This document shows, in pieces, positions 1 to 11,316 of a stretch of 64,000 bases of DNA (positions are counted from its first letter, which is position 1; the number at the start of each line of letters is the position of its first letter). A program made the position numbers and the translations under genes. The DNA is from an uncultured Gemmatimonadales bacterium (GTDB lineage: Bacteria > Gemmatimonadota > Gemmatimonadetes > Longimicrobiales > Gaopeijiaceae). The stretch spans positions 800,001-864,000 of the forward strand of contig CAWELD010000003.1 in the NCBI GenBank assembly GCA_963809895.1, in the 5' to 3' direction. The notes beneath the pieces are model-generated. The model was not told the DNA's origin. It ran no database searches and saw only the letters and a list, made by a program, of their open reading frames with translations.

Positions 1-1
1 G

Positions 2-793
2 AGACTCGCGGCCCTGGCCGACGGAGGTCGCGCGGGAGGACCGACCGTGGACCTCACGCTCCCGGGCCGGCGTCCGTGGACCGGCGGGCTCCATCCCGTC
101 ACCCGGGTCATGGACGAGATCTGGGAGATCTTCCGCGACCTGGGCTTCAGCAGGGCACGAGGTCCCGAGGCCGAGACCGAATGGTACAACTTCGAGGCGC
201 TCAACACGCCGCTGGACCATCCGGCTGCCGATGAGCAGGACACGCTCTACCTGAAGGATTCGGTCCTGCTCCGCAGCCACACGTCGCCGGTGCAGATCCG
301 CACGCTGGAGGCCTACGAGCCCCCCGTGCGCATCTTGGCGCCGGGCTGGGTCTATCGCCGCGACACCTACGACGCCACGCACACGCCGGCCTTCCTGCAG
401 ATCGAGGGCCTGGTGGTGGACGAGGGCATCAGCTTCGTCGATTTCAAGGCGACCCTGGCCGAGTTCGCCCGCCGCCTCTGGGGTCCGGGCACCGAGGTCC
501 GCTTCCGGCCCTCGTTCTTCCCGTTCACCGAGCCCAGCGCCGAAGTGGACGTCAAACGCCACATTCCACAGCCCGACGGCACCAGCCGCGAGACCGACTG
601 GCTCGAGATCATGGGGTGCGGCATGGTGGATCCGGCGGTGCTGGAGAACGCGGGGCTGGATCCGGAGCGCTACACCGGCTTCGCCTTCGGCATGGGACCG
701 GGACGCATCGCCAAGCTCAAGTACGACGTGGACGACCTGAGGACCTTCTTCGAAAACGACATGCGCTTCCTGGCGCAGTTCGCGGAGCGCTGA
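2..793 (+). CDS. pheS: Phenylalanine--tRNA ligase alpha subunit (5' truncated by window edge)
   Basis: LLRSHTSPVQIR, FRPSFFPFTEPSAEVD and GFAFGMG motifs; frame is open from base 2; followed by pheT. Confidence 0.98.
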   Translation, partial: RLAALADGGRAGGPTVDLTLPGRRPWTGGLHPVTRVMDEIWEIFRDLGFSRARGPEAETEWYNFEALNTPLDHPAADEQDTLYLKDSVLLRSHTSPVQIRTLEAYEPPVRILAPGWVYRRDTYDATHTPAFLQIEGLVVDEGISFVDFKATLAEFARRLWGPGTEVRFRPSFFPFTEPSAEVDVKRHIPQPDGTSRETDWLEIMGCGMVDPAVLENAGLDPERYTGFAFGMGPGRIAKLKYDVDDLRTFFENDMRFLAQFAER

Positions 794-794
794 C

Positions 795-3200
795 ATGAAC
801 ATCTCGTATGCGTGGCTCCGGGCCATGGCTCCGGGGCTCACCGACGACCCCGAATCCCTCGCCGAACGCCTTGCGCTGCTGGGCGCGCCGGTGGAAGGGA
901 CCGACTCGCTGGGCGAGGATCTGGCCGAGATCGTGGTGGCCCGCGTGGTGGAGGCCGGACCCCACCCCAACGCCGACCGCCTGTCTCTGTGCCAGGTCGA
1001 CGCCGGGGGCGGTGAGATCCTGTCCGTGGTGTGCGGTGCTCCCAACGTACGGAGCGGCGGGTTCTATCCCTTCGTGCCGGTGGGGGCCACGCTCCCCGGC
1101 GGTATGAAGATTCGCAAGGCCAAGATCCGGGGTGAGGTGTCGAACGGTATGCTCTGCTCGCCCAAGGAGTTGGGGCTGGGCGTAGACCACAGCGGCATCC
1201 TGGAGCTCCACGGCGAGTACGAGCCGGGCGAGTCGTTCGTGGAGGCGTTGGGACTGGCAGACGTGCGCATGGAGGTCGAGGTCACGGCGAACCGGGGCGA
1301 CCTGCTTTCGCACGTGGGTGTGGCCCGCGAGGTGGCGCCCGACGGCGTCGCAGGGGTGGAGCTTCCGCCCATTCCCGGGGCTCCGGCCGTCGAGCTGACG
1401 CTGGAGAGCCATCCCGAGCAGGTGGAGGTGGACGGCGTCACCGTGCGCATCGACGAGCCCGCCCGCTGCCGGCGCTTCCTGGGTGCCGTGATCCGGGGCG
1501 TGACGGTGGGGCCCTCGCCCGACTGGCTGCAGGCGCGCCTGCGGTCGGTGGGCGCCCGGCCCATCAACAACGTGGTGGACGCCACCAACTACGTGCTCTT
1601 CGAGCTGGGCCAGCCCACGCACGCCTACGACCTGAAGGAGCTGCGTGGCGGCTCGGTCATCACGCGCATGGCCCGGTCCGGCGAGCCGGTGCTCACCCTG
1701 GACGGCGTGGAGCGCACCCTGAGCGACGACATGCTGGTCATCGCCGACGCCGAGCGCACGGTGGACGTCGCGGGAATCATGGGCGAGGAGACCTCGTCGG
1801 TGACCGCCGCCACCGCCGATGTCTTCCTGGAGTGCGCGCACTTCGAGCCTCGGGGGATCCGCAACACCAAGAAGGCGCTGGGCATCCAGTCCGACGCCGG
1901 CTACCGCTTCGAGCGTTTCGTGGACCCCACCGGCCAGGAGCGGGCACTCAAGCGGGTGTTGGAGATCATCCTGGCCACCGCCGGTGGCACGCTCCATCCG
2001 GTGGCGGCCGACGTGCACCCCGAGCCGTGGACGCTGCAGCGGGTGGAGCTGCGCCTGGCGCGTGTCGAACGGCTGCTGGGCGTGCCGTTCACCGTGCCCG
2101 AGGTGAAGACGCTGCTGACGCCCCTGGGCTTCGAGATCGTGGCCGAGGACGGCGACGTCCTGACCGTGGAGGTGCCCGGTTGGCGGGGCTACGACGTGAC
2201 CCGCGAGGTGGACCTCATCGAGGAGATCGCCCGCCGGCACGGATTCGACAACTTCCCCTCCGACCTGGGGCCGTTCCGCCCCAACCGCGTTCCGGACCAT
2301 CCTCTCTTCCAGTTGGAGGACGGCCTGCGTGCGCTGCTGGTCGGCCACGGCCTGTTCGAGGCCCAGACGCCCGCCTTCGTGCCCGCTTCGGAGGGCGAGG
2401 TGGAGCTGTCCAACCCGCTGTCGCGCGAGGAGCCCGTGCTGCGCCGGGTGCTGCTGCCGTCGCTGGCGCGACGCCTGGAGCGAAATCTCGCCCGGGGCGT
2501 GCGTGACGTGCGGCTCTTCGAGCTGGGGACCGCCTTCCACGCCGCCGGCGCCGGCGAGCCTCCGGCGGAGGACGCGCGCCTTTCCGCCGTGCTCACCGGC
2601 CGTCGGGAGCCGCTCCACTGGTCGGGGTCCGAGGCGCCGTTGGACGTCTGGGATCTCAAGGGACTCCTGGAGGCGGTGGTGTCGCACGCGCGGCCCGAAG
2701 CCCGGCTGGTCGCCGGCGCGCCCGAGGGCCGGGGGATCGTGCCCGGCGAGGGCTGGACGGTGCTCGACGACGAGGACCGGGTGATGGGGTGGGGTGGGCG
2801 CCTGGAGCCCGGCGGGCTGGACCTCCCGCCGTGGGCAGGCGACGTGCTGGGCCTCGAGTTGACGCTGCCGGCGGTGCCGTCGCCGCGTCCGGACCCCCAC
2901 TTCCAGCCGTTGCCCGCCTTCCCGGCGGTGGAGCGCGACGTGGCACTGCTCGTGCCCGACCAGGTGCCCCAGGCGCGGGTGGACGAGGTGGCGCGGGAGG
3001 CGGGTGGCGCGCTGCTCGCGGACCTGGAGGTGTTCGATCTCTTCCGCGGCGAAGGCGTGCCCGCGGGCGTGCGTTCTCTGGCCCACCGCTTCCGCTTCCG
3101 CTCGCAGGAACGTACCCTCACGGATGAGGAGGTGGAGCGGGCGATCCGCGCCATCCTGGACCGACTCGGGGAGGAGCTGGGTGTCCACGTCCGAGGATAG
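795..3200 (+). CDS. pheT: Phenylalanine--tRNA ligase beta subunit
   Basis: 801 aa; HPNADRL, VVCGAPNV, NRGDLLS, REVDLIEEIAR and C-terminal FDX-ACB (RTLTDEEV) motifs. Confidence 0.98.
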   Translation: MNISYAWLRAMAPGLTDDPESLAERLALLGAPVEGTDSLGEDLAEIVVARVVEAGPHPNADRLSLCQVDAGGGEILSVVCGAPNVRSGGFYPFVPVGATLPGGMKIRKAKIRGEVSNGMLCSPKELGLGVDHSGILELHGEYEPGESFVEALGLADVRMEVEVTANRGDLLSHVGVAREVAPDGVAGVELPPIPGAPAVELTLESHPEQVEVDGVTVRIDEPARCRRFLGAVIRGVTVGPSPDWLQARLRSVGARPINNVVDATNYVLFELGQPTHAYDLKELRGGSVITRMARSGEPVLTLDGVERTLSDDMLVIADAERTVDVAGIMGEETSSVTAATADVFLECAHFEPRGIRNTKKALGIQSDAGYRFERFVDPTGQERALKRVLEIILATAGGTLHPVAADVHPEPWTLQRVELRLARVERLLGVPFTVPEVKTLLTPLGFEIVAEDGDVLTVEVPGWRGYDVTREVDLIEEIARRHGFDNFPSDLGPFRPNRVPDHPLFQLEDGLRALLVGHGLFEAQTPAFVPASEGEVELSNPLSREEPVLRRVLLPSLARRLERNLARGVRDVRLFELGTAFHAAGAGEPPAEDARLSAVLTGRREPLHWSGSEAPLDVWDLKGLLEAVVSHARPEARLVAGAPEGRGIVPGEGWTVLDDEDRVMGWGGRLEPGGLDLPPWAGDVLGLELTLPAVPSPRPDPHFQPLPAFPAVERDVALLVPDQVPQARVDEVAREAGGALLADLEVFDLFRGEGVPAGVRSLAHRFRFRSQERTLTDEEVERAIRAILDRLGEELGVHVRG

Positions 3201-3495
3201 GAGCGAGAACGGCGCCGAGCGCGCCGCGTTGCAGGCCCTGGAAGGAGCGGTGGGGAAGCTCCTGGATCAGGTACGCGCCCTGAGCACGCGCGTCGAGAAG
3301 GCAGACGCGCGCCGGGACGAGGTGGAGGACCTGCTCCGGCGCATCACCGCCGGCGACGAGAACCCGGCCCAGCTCCATGGGCGGGTCCGGGACCTGGAGA
3401 ACGAGAACGCGGATCTGCGCGAGCGGCTCGACGAGGGCCGGGAGGGCGTAGAGCGCCTCCTGGCGAAGATCCGCTTCCTGGAGGACCAACGGTGA
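3181..3495 (+). CDS. ZapB-like coiled-coil protein
   Basis: GTG after a GAGGAG RBS; heptad-rich 104 aa (LENENADLRERLDEGREGVERLL); pheT-x-zapA position. Confidence 0.7.
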   Translation: MSTSEDRSENGAERAALQALEGAVGKLLDQVRALSTRVEKADARRDEVEDLLRRITAGDENPAQLHGRVRDLENENADLRERLDEGREGVERLLAKIRFLEDQR

Positions 3496-3505
3496 GAGGC
3501 CCGTC

Positions 3506-3793
3506 ATGACCGACAAGCACTCCGTCACCGTGCGTATCGCGGGCGAGGAGTACGCCATCCGCGCCAGCGCCGAGGCGGACTACACCAGGTCGTGCGCACG
3601 CTACGTCGACGACCGCATCGCCGAGATCCGCAACCGCTCCGGTCTCGTGGAGACCCACAAGGCGGCAATCCTGGCCGCGCTCTCCATCACCGACGAGTAC
3701 TACCAGGCCCGCGAGGAGCTGGACAAGCTGCGCAAGGAAGTGGCGTCCAGGGCCACGAACCTGGTGAAGCGCATCGAGGCCGAGGTGGGCTGA
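3506..3793 (+). CDS. zapA: Cell division protein ZapA
   Basis: VTVRIAGEEY...ARYVDDRI...AILAALSITDE ZapA pattern; conserved synteny with pheT and rny. Confidence 0.92.
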   Translation: MTDKHSVTVRIAGEEYAIRASAEADYTRSCARYVDDRIAEIRNRSGLVETHKAAILAALSITDEYYQAREELDKLRKEVASRATNLVKRIEAEVG

Positions 3794-3817
3794 GCCCGTT
3801 CCCCCCGCCCCCGCGGC

Positions 3818-3847
3818 TTGCGAAGCGGCGCCCGCGAAACCTATCCT
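3818..3847 (+). promoter_or_regulatory. Possible sigma70 promoter for rny
   Basis: TTGCGA-N18-TATCCT in the zapA-rny gap. Confidence 0.35.
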
Positions 3848-3948
3848 GAGCCATACTTTACGGTGTCCTCTGGAGGACGGGTCCTCCGGATCGGCACATA
3901 TCGACACCCACCCTCGGGCGCTCAGCGTCCGATTCAGGGAGTGAATAC

Positions 3949-5526
3949 ATGGGATCCCCGCTGCTGATTGGGCTGGCGGCGGTCCTCGGTGTGCTCGTGG
4001 GCGGGTCGATCGGATTCGCCCTCGCCCGTAGTCGGGACAAGGCCCGCCGGGAACGAGAGAAGGCCGCGGCGGAGGACGACGCTTCACGCATCCTCCAGCG
4101 AGCTCAGGAAGAAGCCGACAATCTGCGCCGGACGGGTGAGCTGGCCGGGAAGGACCAGGCCATTCAGCTCCGGGAGGCGTGGGAGCGGGAGGAATCCCGC
4201 CGTCGCGAGGACCTGGAGCGCCTGGAGCGGCGTCTCGAAGAGCGAGCCGACAGCCTGGACCGCAAGTTCGATGTCCTGGACGAGCGGGAGCAGGGCCAGG
4301 AGGCCCGCTTCCGCGAGATCGAGGAACGCGACGATCAGCTCCGCGGCCGCGAAACCGAGGTGGAGCGCGTCGCCGAGGAAGCTCGTCGCAAGCTGGAATC
4401 CCTCGCCGGCATGTCGTCGCAGGAGGCCAGGAAGAAGCTCATGGACGACCTGGTCGACGAGGCCAGGGCCGAGGCGTCCAACACCCTGCGCGAGGTCAAG
4501 GAAGAGGCCCAGCGCACGGCCGATCGCGAGGCCAAGAAGATCCTGGGCCTCGCCATTCAGCGCATGGCCGCCGAGACCACCGCCGAGATGACCGTCTCCG
4601 TGGTCCAGCTCCCGTCCGACGAGATGAAGGGCCGCATCATCGGCCGCGAAGGCCGTAATATCCGCGCCTTCGAGCAGGCCACCGGCATCGACGTCATCAT
4701 CGACGACACCCCGGAGGCCGTGGTCCTGTCCGGCTTCGACCCCGTGCGGCGCGAGGTGGCCCGCATCGCCCTGGAGCATCTGATCGAGGACGGGCGCATC
4801 CATCCGGGCCGCATCGAGGAAATGGTCGACAAGGCGTCGAAGCAGGTCGAAGAGACCATGGTCGAGGCCGCCGAGGAGATCCTCTACGAGCTGGGCATCC
4901 ACAACGTGCACCCGGAGATCGTCAAGGTCCTGGGACGACTCAAGTTCCGCACCTCGTACGGGCAGAATCAGCTCCAGCACGCCCGCGAGGTAGCACTGCT
5001 GGCTGGCAGCATGGCCGCCGAGATGAACCTCGACGTCCAGGCGACCAAGCGCGCAGCCATCCTGCACGACGTGGGCAAAGGGCTCACGCACGAGCAGGAG
5101 GGCACCCACGTCGAGCTCGGTTGGCGGCTGTGCAAGAAGCACAACGAGAGCGAGATCGTGCTCAACGCCATCAAGGCCCACCACGACGAGGAGCCCCACC
5201 GCTTTCCCGAGACCTTCCTGGTCACGGCGGCGGATGCCATCAGCGGCTCCCGACCCGGAGCGCGGCGCGAGATGTTCGAGGGCTACGTCAAGCGCCTGGA
5301 GAAGCTGGAGGAGCTGGCCATGGACCAGCCGGGCGTGGAGCGCTGCTACGCCATCCAGGCCGGGCGTGAGCTCCGGGTCATGGTGGAGCCCGAGAAGGTG
5401 AGCGATGCCGAGATGGCCCAGATCTCCGAGCGGGTGGCGCGCAAGATCGAGGAGGAGCTGCAATACCCGGGGCAGATCAAGATCGTGGTCATCCGGGAGA
5501 CCCGGGCGGTGGACTTCGCACGTTGA
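3949..5526 (+). CDS. rny: Ribonuclease Y
   Basis: N-terminal TM helix, coiled coil, KH motif [16 protein letters not shown] domain [20 protein letters not shown]. Confidence 0.98.
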   Translation: MGSPLLIGLAAVLGVLVGGSIGFALARSRDKARREREKAAAEDDASRILQRAQEEADNLRRTGELAGKDQAIQLREAWEREESRRREDLERLERRLEERADSLDRKFDVLDEREQGQEARFREIEERDDQLRGRETEVERVAEEARRKLESLAGMSSQEARKKLMDDLVDEARAEASNTLREVKEEAQRTADREAKKILGLAIQRMAAETTAEMTVSVVQLPSDEMKGRIIGREGRNIRAFEQATGIDVIIDDTPEAVVLSGFDPVRREVARIALEHLIEDGRIHPGRIEEMVDKASKQVEETMVEAAEEILYELGIHNVHPEIVKVLGRLKFRTSYGQNQLQHAREVALLAGSMAAEMNLDVQATKRAAILHDVGKGLTHEQEGTHVELGWRLCKKHNESEIVLNAIKAHHDEEPHRFPETFLVTAADAISGSRPGARREMFEGYVKRLEKLEELAMDQPGVERCYAIQAGRELRVMVEPEKVSDAEMAQISERVARKIEEELQYPGQIKIVVIRETRAVDFAR

Positions 5527-5747
5527 AGCCCGCCCCCGGTGACCCGACGTCGCCTCCGCGGCGGCGTCCCCTGGATCCCTTCGAAGCGGTGCCGGAGCAC
5601 GTGGACGCCCGGGGCCGCCGCTTCCGCTCGGGGATCAACTTCGTTCCTCAGGACGAACCGTTATATTCGCCCGAGGTCGCCCCGGGAGGGGCACCTCGCC
5701 CTCCCACCGATTCCAATACCGAAATCAACGAAGATCGAGGAACGCGG

Positions 5748-6644
5748 ATGTCCGCCAAACTCATATCAGGACGAGAGATCGCCGCCGATATCCGGGCCGA
5801 GGTGAAGGAGCGGGTGGCCGAGCTCAAGGCTTCCCAGGACCTGGTCCCCGGCCTGGCCACCGTGCTCGTGGGAGAGGATCCCGCCAGCCAGCTCTACGTG
5901 GGGATGAAGAACAAGGCCGCCAAAGAGGCGGGCATACACTCGAAGCAGATCACGCTGCCCGCCGACACGTCGGAGGAGGAGCTGCTGGGCCTGATCGCCG
6001 GGCTCAACGCCGATCCCGAGATCCACGGGATCCTCGTGCAGCTCCCGTTGCCGGAGCAGATCGACGAGCAGAAGGTCCTGCTGGCCGTGGATCCGGACAA
6101 GGACGTGGACGGCTTCCACCCCGTGAACGTCGGACGCCTGGCCACCGGTGATCCCCACGTGCTGGCACCCTGCACGCCCCGCGGCGTCGTGGAGATGCTC
6201 CTGCGCACGGGCAACGACCCCAGGGGCAAGCACGTGGTGGTGGTGGGCCGCTCGAACATCGTCGGACGGCCCATGGCCTCGCTGCTGCTGCGCCGCGGCC
6301 GGGGTGGCGATGCCACGGTCACGGTGGCGCACTCGCGCACCGCGGATCTCGGCGCCATGACGCGCCTCGCCGACATCATCATCGTGGCGGTGGGCCGGCC
6401 GGCGACCATCACCCGGGACATGGTGAAGCCGGGCGCCGTGGTCATCGACGTGGGCACGAACCGCGTGGATGCGCCGGATACGGAGCGTGGCTACCGCGTC
6501 GTGGGTGACGTGGACTTCGACGCGGTGAGCGAGGTGGCGTCGTGGATCACGCCGGTGCCCGGCGGCGTGGGCCCCATGACCATCGCCATGCTGCTGTCCA
6601 ACACCGTGGACGCCGCCGAGGCGCTCCGGGCCCAGGGGCGGTGA
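5748..6644 (+). CDS. folD: Bifunctional methylenetetrahydrofolate dehydrogenase/cyclohydrolase
   Basis: [41 protein letters not shown] at 5748 after GAGGA. Confidence 0.97.
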   Translation: MSAKLISGREIAADIRAEVKERVAELKASQDLVPGLATVLVGEDPASQLYVGMKNKAAKEAGIHSKQITLPADTSEEELLGLIAGLNADPEIHGILVQLPLPEQIDEQKVLLAVDPDKDVDGFHPVNVGRLATGDPHVLAPCTPRGVVEMLLRTGNDPRGKHVVVVGRSNIVGRPMASLLLRRGRGGDATVTVAHSRTADLGAMTRLADIIIVAVGRPATITRDMVKPGAVVIDVGTNRVDAPDTERGYRVVGDVDFDAVSEVASWITPVPGGVGPMTIAMLLSNTVDAAEALRAQGR

Positions 6645-8098
6645 GCGACGACACGCTGAACCTGGACCTCTTCGGCGAAGAGGCCGACGGCGATTCCCAG
6701 GACGACGCCGGGGCAGGGGAGTCCGAGGACGCCGGAGCGCAGGTGGAGTCGGCGCCGGCGGCGGAGCCGGTAGCCACCGCGGACGTGGCGCCCGAGCCCG
6801 CGGAGGAAGCCGAGGCGGGAACGGCACCGGACGTGTGGACGGTCTCGCAGGTGAACCGAGCGGTGCGCAACCTCCTGGAGAGCCAGCTCCCGGCGCTCTG
6901 GGTCTCGGGAGAGGTCGCCAACTGGAAGCGCGCCCGCTCGGGCCACTGCTACTTCACGTTGAAGGACGAGAACGCCCAGCTCCGCTGCGTCATGTGGCGG
7001 AGCGACGCGTCCCGTCTGCCCATGGATCCCGAAGACGGCATGGAGATCCGTGCCTTCGGCTCGCTCACGCTCTACGAGGTCCGCGGCGAATATCAGCTGG
7101 CCGTGCGGCGGCTGGAGGCCGAGGGTGCCGAGGGGCTGTGGCGTCTGGCCTTCGAGAAGCTACGCGCCAAGCTCGATGCCGAGGGCCTGCTGGCGGTGGA
7201 GCGCAAGCGGCCGGTGCCCCGTTTTCCGGCCAGCGTCGGCGTGGTGACCTCCACGACGGGGGCGGCCATCCGCGACATCCTCACGGTGCTGCGGCGGCGG
7301 GCTCCCTGGACCCGGGTCCTGATCCACGGCACCCGGGTCCAGGGCGAAGGGGCGGCGCTGGACGTGGCCCACGGCATCCGCACGCTGGCCGCCACCGGAC
7401 GGGTCGACGTCATCATCGTGGGCCGGGGCGGCGGGTCCATCGAGGATCTGTGGGCCTTCAACGAAGAGCCCGTGGCCCGGGCCATCGCGGTCTGTCCCGT
7501 GCCGGTGATATCCGCGGTGGGACACGAGGTGGACATCACCATCTCCGACCTGGTCGCGGACTTGCGAGCGCCGACGCCGTCGGCGGCCGCGGAGGCGGCG
7601 GTGGCCGACGGAGAATCCATCCTGGAGGCTCTGGGCCGGGTCGCGCCTCGGTTGCGCCGCGCCCTGCGTGCCTCGGTGGAGCGCCGCCGTCGGGCGGTGC
7701 GCGACGGGGTGCCCCGCCTGCGACGCTCGCTACGCGTGATGCTGGAACCGCGCCGGGCCGGTCTCGCGCGGGTACGCGCCAGCCTCGGCCGGGCCGTGGA
7801 GACCATGCTGGAGCGCCGCCGCCGGCGGGTGGCCGTCGAGGACCGCCTCGCCCGCGCCATGCGTGTGGCCGTGGAGGGCGAGCGCCGCCGCCTGGCCGGT
7901 CTGGCCGGACGGCTCGAGGCGCTCTCGCCGCTGTCCACCCTGCGACGAGGCTATGCGGTGCCCCTCACCCGCGATGGACACGTCCTGCGAGGCGTGGACG
8001 AATTCACCCCGGGCCGACAGTTCCTGCTGCGGGTGGTGGACGGTCGGGTGAGCTGTGAAGCCGGAACCATTCTGCACGACGACGAGAGGACCCCGTGA
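6641..8098 (+). CDS. xseA: Exodeoxyribonuclease VII large subunit
   Basis: [50 protein letters not shown]; acidic N-terminal extension. Confidence 0.97.
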   Translation: MSDDTLNLDLFGEEADGDSQDDAGAGESEDAGAQVESAPAAEPVATADVAPEPAEEAEAGTAPDVWTVSQVNRAVRNLLESQLPALWVSGEVANWKRARSGHCYFTLKDENAQLRCVMWRSDASRLPMDPEDGMEIRAFGSLTLYEVRGEYQLAVRRLEAEGAEGLWRLAFEKLRAKLDAEGLLAVERKRPVPRFPASVGVVTSTTGAAIRDILTVLRRRAPWTRVLIHGTRVQGEGAALDVAHGIRTLAATGRVDVIIVGRGGGSIEDLWAFNEEPVARAIAVCPVPVISAVGHEVDITISDLVADLRAPTPSAAAEAAVADGESILEALGRVAPRLRRALRASVERRRRAVRDGVPRLRRSLRVMLEPRRAGLARVRASLGRAVETMLERRRRRVAVEDRLARAMRVAVEGERRRLAGLAGRLEALSPLSTLRRGYAVPLTRDGHVLRGVDEFTPGRQFLLRVVDGRVSCEAGTILHDDERTP

Positions 8099-8355
8099 GC
8101 GACGACGTGGACAAGGGAACGTCAGACGGTGCCGCCGAGGCGCCTTCGCTGGAAGCACGCCTGAAGCGGCTGGAGGAGATCCTCGCCGCGCTGGAGGCCG
8201 ACGAGCTGGAGTTGGAGAAGGCGCTGGAGCTCTTCGAGGAGGGGGTGACCCACGTGCGCGCCGCCGAGCGCATCCTGGCCGAGACCGAGCTGCGTGTCGA
8301 GGAGCTCCTGGGTGAGGATGGCGAGACCCGGTCCTTTCACGAGGCCGAGGGGTGA
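8095..8355 (+). CDS. xseB: Exodeoxyribonuclease VII small subunit
   Basis: LKRLEEILAALE...LEKALELFEEG pattern directly after xseA. Confidence 0.95.
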   Translation: MSDDVDKGTSDGAAEAPSLEARLKRLEEILAALEADELELEKALELFEEGVTHVRAAERILAETELRVEELLGEDGETRSFHEAEG

Positions 8356-9266
8356 CCGCCACCGCAGACGTGGACCTGCAGGTGTACCTGCGCGCTCAGC
8401 GCGAACGTGTCGAGGCCGCCCTGGCCCGGGCCGCGAATGGCCACAGCCAGGCGCTGCCGGCACCGCTTGCCGAGGCCATGACCCACGGCCTCCTGTCCGG
8501 CGGAAAGCGCCTGCGCCCGATCCTGTGCATGGCGGCGTTCCAGGCCTGCAGCGACCGCGATCCCGGCGACGCGCTGGACGACCTCGCCGTCTCGCTGGAG
8601 ATCATTCACGCGTACTCGCTCATGCACGACGACCTGCCGTGCATGGACGACGCCGCGCTCCGGCGTGGGGTGCCCACTACGCACCGCGTTCACGGCGTGG
8701 CGCCCACCACCCTGGCCGGCGCCGTCATGATCCCTCTGGCCGCGGAGCAGGCGCTGCGCGGCGCCCGGGGACTGGGGCTCCCGGAGACCACGGCACGGAC
8801 CCTCGCACGGACCCTGATGGAGGCCTCCGGGGCCGGGGGGATGGTGGGTGGTCAGGCGCTGGACCTGCTGGGCGAGGGCCGCGCGCTGTCGGCCGAGGAG
8901 CTCGACGAGCTCCACCGCCTCAAGACCGGCGCCTTGCTGTCCGCCGCACCGCGCATGGGGGGAATCGCCGCCGGGGCGCCCGCACCGGTCGAGGAAGCGC
9001 TGGGCCGGTACGGGCGGCGCATCGGGCTGGCCTTCCAGATCGCCGACGATCTGCTGGATGCCACGGCATCGGTGGAGGAGCTGGGCAAGAATCCCAGCGA
9101 CACCCAGCTCGGCAAATCCACGTACGTGGCGCTGTACGGTCTGACGGAGGCGCGCCGGCGTGGAGACGAGCAGGTACGTGAGGCCCTCGAGGCGCTGGAT
9201 GCGGTGGCGCTGGCCGCGCCGCCCCTCCGCGCCCTGGCGGGCTACATCATGGAGCGGACCCATTGA
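8352..9266 (+). CDS. ispA: Polyprenyl (farnesyl/geranylgeranyl) diphosphate synthase
   Basis: GGKRLRP, HAYSLMHDDLPCMDD, GMVGGQALD, AFQIADDLLD; xseB-ispA-dxs synteny. Confidence 0.93.
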   Translation: MTATADVDLQVYLRAQRERVEAALARAANGHSQALPAPLAEAMTHGLLSGGKRLRPILCMAAFQACSDRDPGDALDDLAVSLEIIHAYSLMHDDLPCMDDAALRRGVPTTHRVHGVAPTTLAGAVMIPLAAEQALRGARGLGLPETTARTLARTLMEASGAGGMVGGQALDLLGEGRALSAEELDELHRLKTGALLSAAPRMGGIAAGAPAPVEEALGRYGRRIGLAFQIADDLLDATASVEELGKNPSDTQLGKSTYVALYGLTEARRRGDEQVREALEALDAVALAAPPLRALAGYIMERTH

Positions 9267-9384
9267 GCCCGGCTTCGCGGTGGGCGCACGGAGGCCGCTG
9301 GATTACCTTTGATTGCTGGACCGCGCCCCTGGCGACGGGGTAGCCGGTTCCGTTCCGCCGCGACGGCGGTGACCGAAAACGCAC

Positions 9385-11316
9385 ATGGAGTCGGACGTGT
9401 CACTCCTCGAGCAGATCAAGAACCCCTACGACCTGCGCGCCCTGCCGCGGGAGAAGCTTCAGCAGGTCGCAGACGAGGCCCGGGAGCGCCACATCGACGT
9501 GGTGGCGGAGAAGGGCGGCCATTTCGGCGCGAGCTTGGGGGTCGTGGAGCTCACCGTGGCGCTGCACTACGTCTACGACACGCCGCGTGACCTGCTGGTT
9601 TGGGACACGGGCCACCAGGGCTACATCCACAAGATCCTCACGGGGCGCAACGAGCGGCTGCCCACCATCCGCACGCATCACGGCCTCGCGCCCTTCCTGC
9701 GTCGCGACGAGTCCGAATACGACACCTTCGGCGCCGGGCACGCCGCGACCTCGATCTCCGCGGCCTGGGGCATGGCGGTGGGTCGGGACCTCACCGGCGG
9801 CGACTATCAGGTCGTGGGGATCATCGGCGACGGTGCCATGGGGTGTGGGCTGGCCTACGAGGCGCTGAACAACGCCGGGCACACCGAGCGCAACTTCACC
9901 GTCATCCTCAACGACAACGACATGTCCATCGCGCCGGCCGTGGGCGCGCTGAACAAGTACCTCACCGGCGTGATCACGAATCCGGCCTACAACCGGATCC
10001 GCGACGCGGTGAAGGAAGTGCTCCATCGGGCGCCGCGCTCCCTGGGCGGGCTCATGGAGGAGATGGCGGGCAAGTTCGAGGACGGGGTCAAGCACATGCT
10101 GACCCCCGGGATGCTCTTCGAGGCCCTGGGATTTCGCTACGTCGGGCCGGTGGACGGCCACGACGTGGACGAACTGGTGGACACGCTGTCCCGGGTGCGG
10201 CGCATGCACGGGCCCATCCTGGTGCACGTGCTGACCCAGAAGGGCAAGGGATTCCATCTGGCCGAAGAAGATCCCTGGACGTGGCACGCCGCCTCGCCCT
10301 TCGACAAGATCAGCGGGCACGCCACCAAGAAGAAGGCCGGCCTGCCGCGCTACCAGAAGGTCTTCGGCAAGGGGCTGGTGGAGCTGGCCGACGAGGACGA
10401 CCGCGTCGTGGCCATCACGGCCGCCATGCCCGACGGCACGTCCACCGACCTGTTCTCCAAGGCCCACCCGGACCGCTACTTCGACGTGGGCATCGCCGAG
10501 GGCCACGGCGTGACCTTCGCCGCCGGCCTGGCGACCCGGGGCGTGCGCCCGGTGGTGGCCATCTACTCCACCTTCCTGCAGCGGGGCTTCGACAACATCG
10601 TCCATGACGTGGCGCTGCAGGACCTGCCCGTGGTCTTCTGCATGGACCGGGCGGGGATCGCCGGCGCCGACGGCCCCACGCATCACGGGATCTTCGACAT
10701 CGCCTACATGCTGGCGGTGCCGGGCATGACCGTGACCGCGGGCAAGGACGGTCGCGAGATGCTCGGGCTTCTGCGCACGGGCGTGAGCCACGAGAGCGGC
10801 CCGTTCTCGCTGCGTTGGCCGCGCGACAACGTGCCCGCCGAGGTGCCGAGCATCGCCGAGATCGAGCCCGTGGCGTACGGAAGCTGGGAGGTGCTCAGGC
10901 GCGGGGGCCGGTTGGCCATCCTGGCCGCCGGGACCATGGTGCTGCCCGCCATGGACGCTGCCCAGGAGCTGGCGGCGCGGGGGATCGAGGCCACCGTGGT
11001 GAACTGCCGTTTCCTCAAGCCCTACGACCGAGCCGTCTTCGAAGAGGTGGTGCGGGGGCACGATGCCGTCCTCACCGTCGAAGAGGGCACGATCGTGAAC
11101 GGCTTCGGGGCCTTCATGGCCCGGGAGATCGACGCCTTCCGGCCCGATGGGGGCATCCGGGTGGGCTCCATGGGGATTCCCGATCGCTTCATCGAGCACG
11201 GTGGCCGCGGGGAGCTCCTGGCCGAGATCGGCCTGGACGTGCCCGGTATCGTGGATCGAGCTCGCACGCTGGCCGAGGCCGCCGGCATCACCGGCAACGC
11301 GCGGGAATCGGCGTGA
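9385..11316 (+). CDS. dxs: 1-deoxy-D-xylulose-5-phosphate synthase
   Basis: GGHFGASLGVVELT, WDTGHQ, IIGDGA...LNDNDMSI TPP motif, FDVGIAE, DGPTHHG. Confidence 0.98.
   Translation: MESDVSLLEQIKNPYDLRALPREKLQQVADEARERHIDVVAEKGGHFGASLGVVELTVALHYVYDTPRDLLVWDTGHQGYIHKILTGRNERLPTIRTHHGLAPFLRRDESEYDTFGAGHAATSISAAWGMAVGRDLTGGDYQVVGIIGDGAMGCGLAYEALNNAGHTERNFTVILNDNDMSIAPAVGALNKYLTGVITNPAYNRIRDAVKEVLHRAPRSLGGLMEEMAGKFEDGVKHMLTPGMLFEALGFRYVGPVDGHDVDELVDTLSRVRRMHGPILVHVLTQKGKGFHLAEEDPWTWHAASPFDKISGHATKKKAGLPRYQKVFGKGLVELADEDDRVVAITAAMPDGTSTDLFSKAHPDRYFDVGIAEGHGVTFAAGLATRGVRPVVAIYSTFLQRGFDNIVHDVALQDLPVVFCMDRAGIAGADGPTHHGIFDIAYMLAVPGMTVTAGKDGREMLGLLRTGVSHESGPFSLRWPRDNVPAEVPSIAEIEPVAYGSWEVLRRGGRLAILAAGTMVLPAMDAAQELAARGIEATVVNCRFLKPYDRAVFEEVVRGHDAVLTVEEGTIVNGFGAFMAREIDAFRPDGGIRVGSMGIPDRFIEHGGRGELLAEIGLDVPGIVDRARTLAEAAGITGNARESA

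Noticed and set aside
3794..3948. 6S RNA expected after zapA
   Set aside because: Only 155 nt, containing a promoter-like site and short local hairpins; I could not find a long closing stem with a central bubble.
5523..5747. 75-aa N-terminal extension of FolD, or a ZTP/THF riboswitch
   Set aside because: FolD similarity and an RBS point to ATG 5748; no riboswitch consensus recognised.
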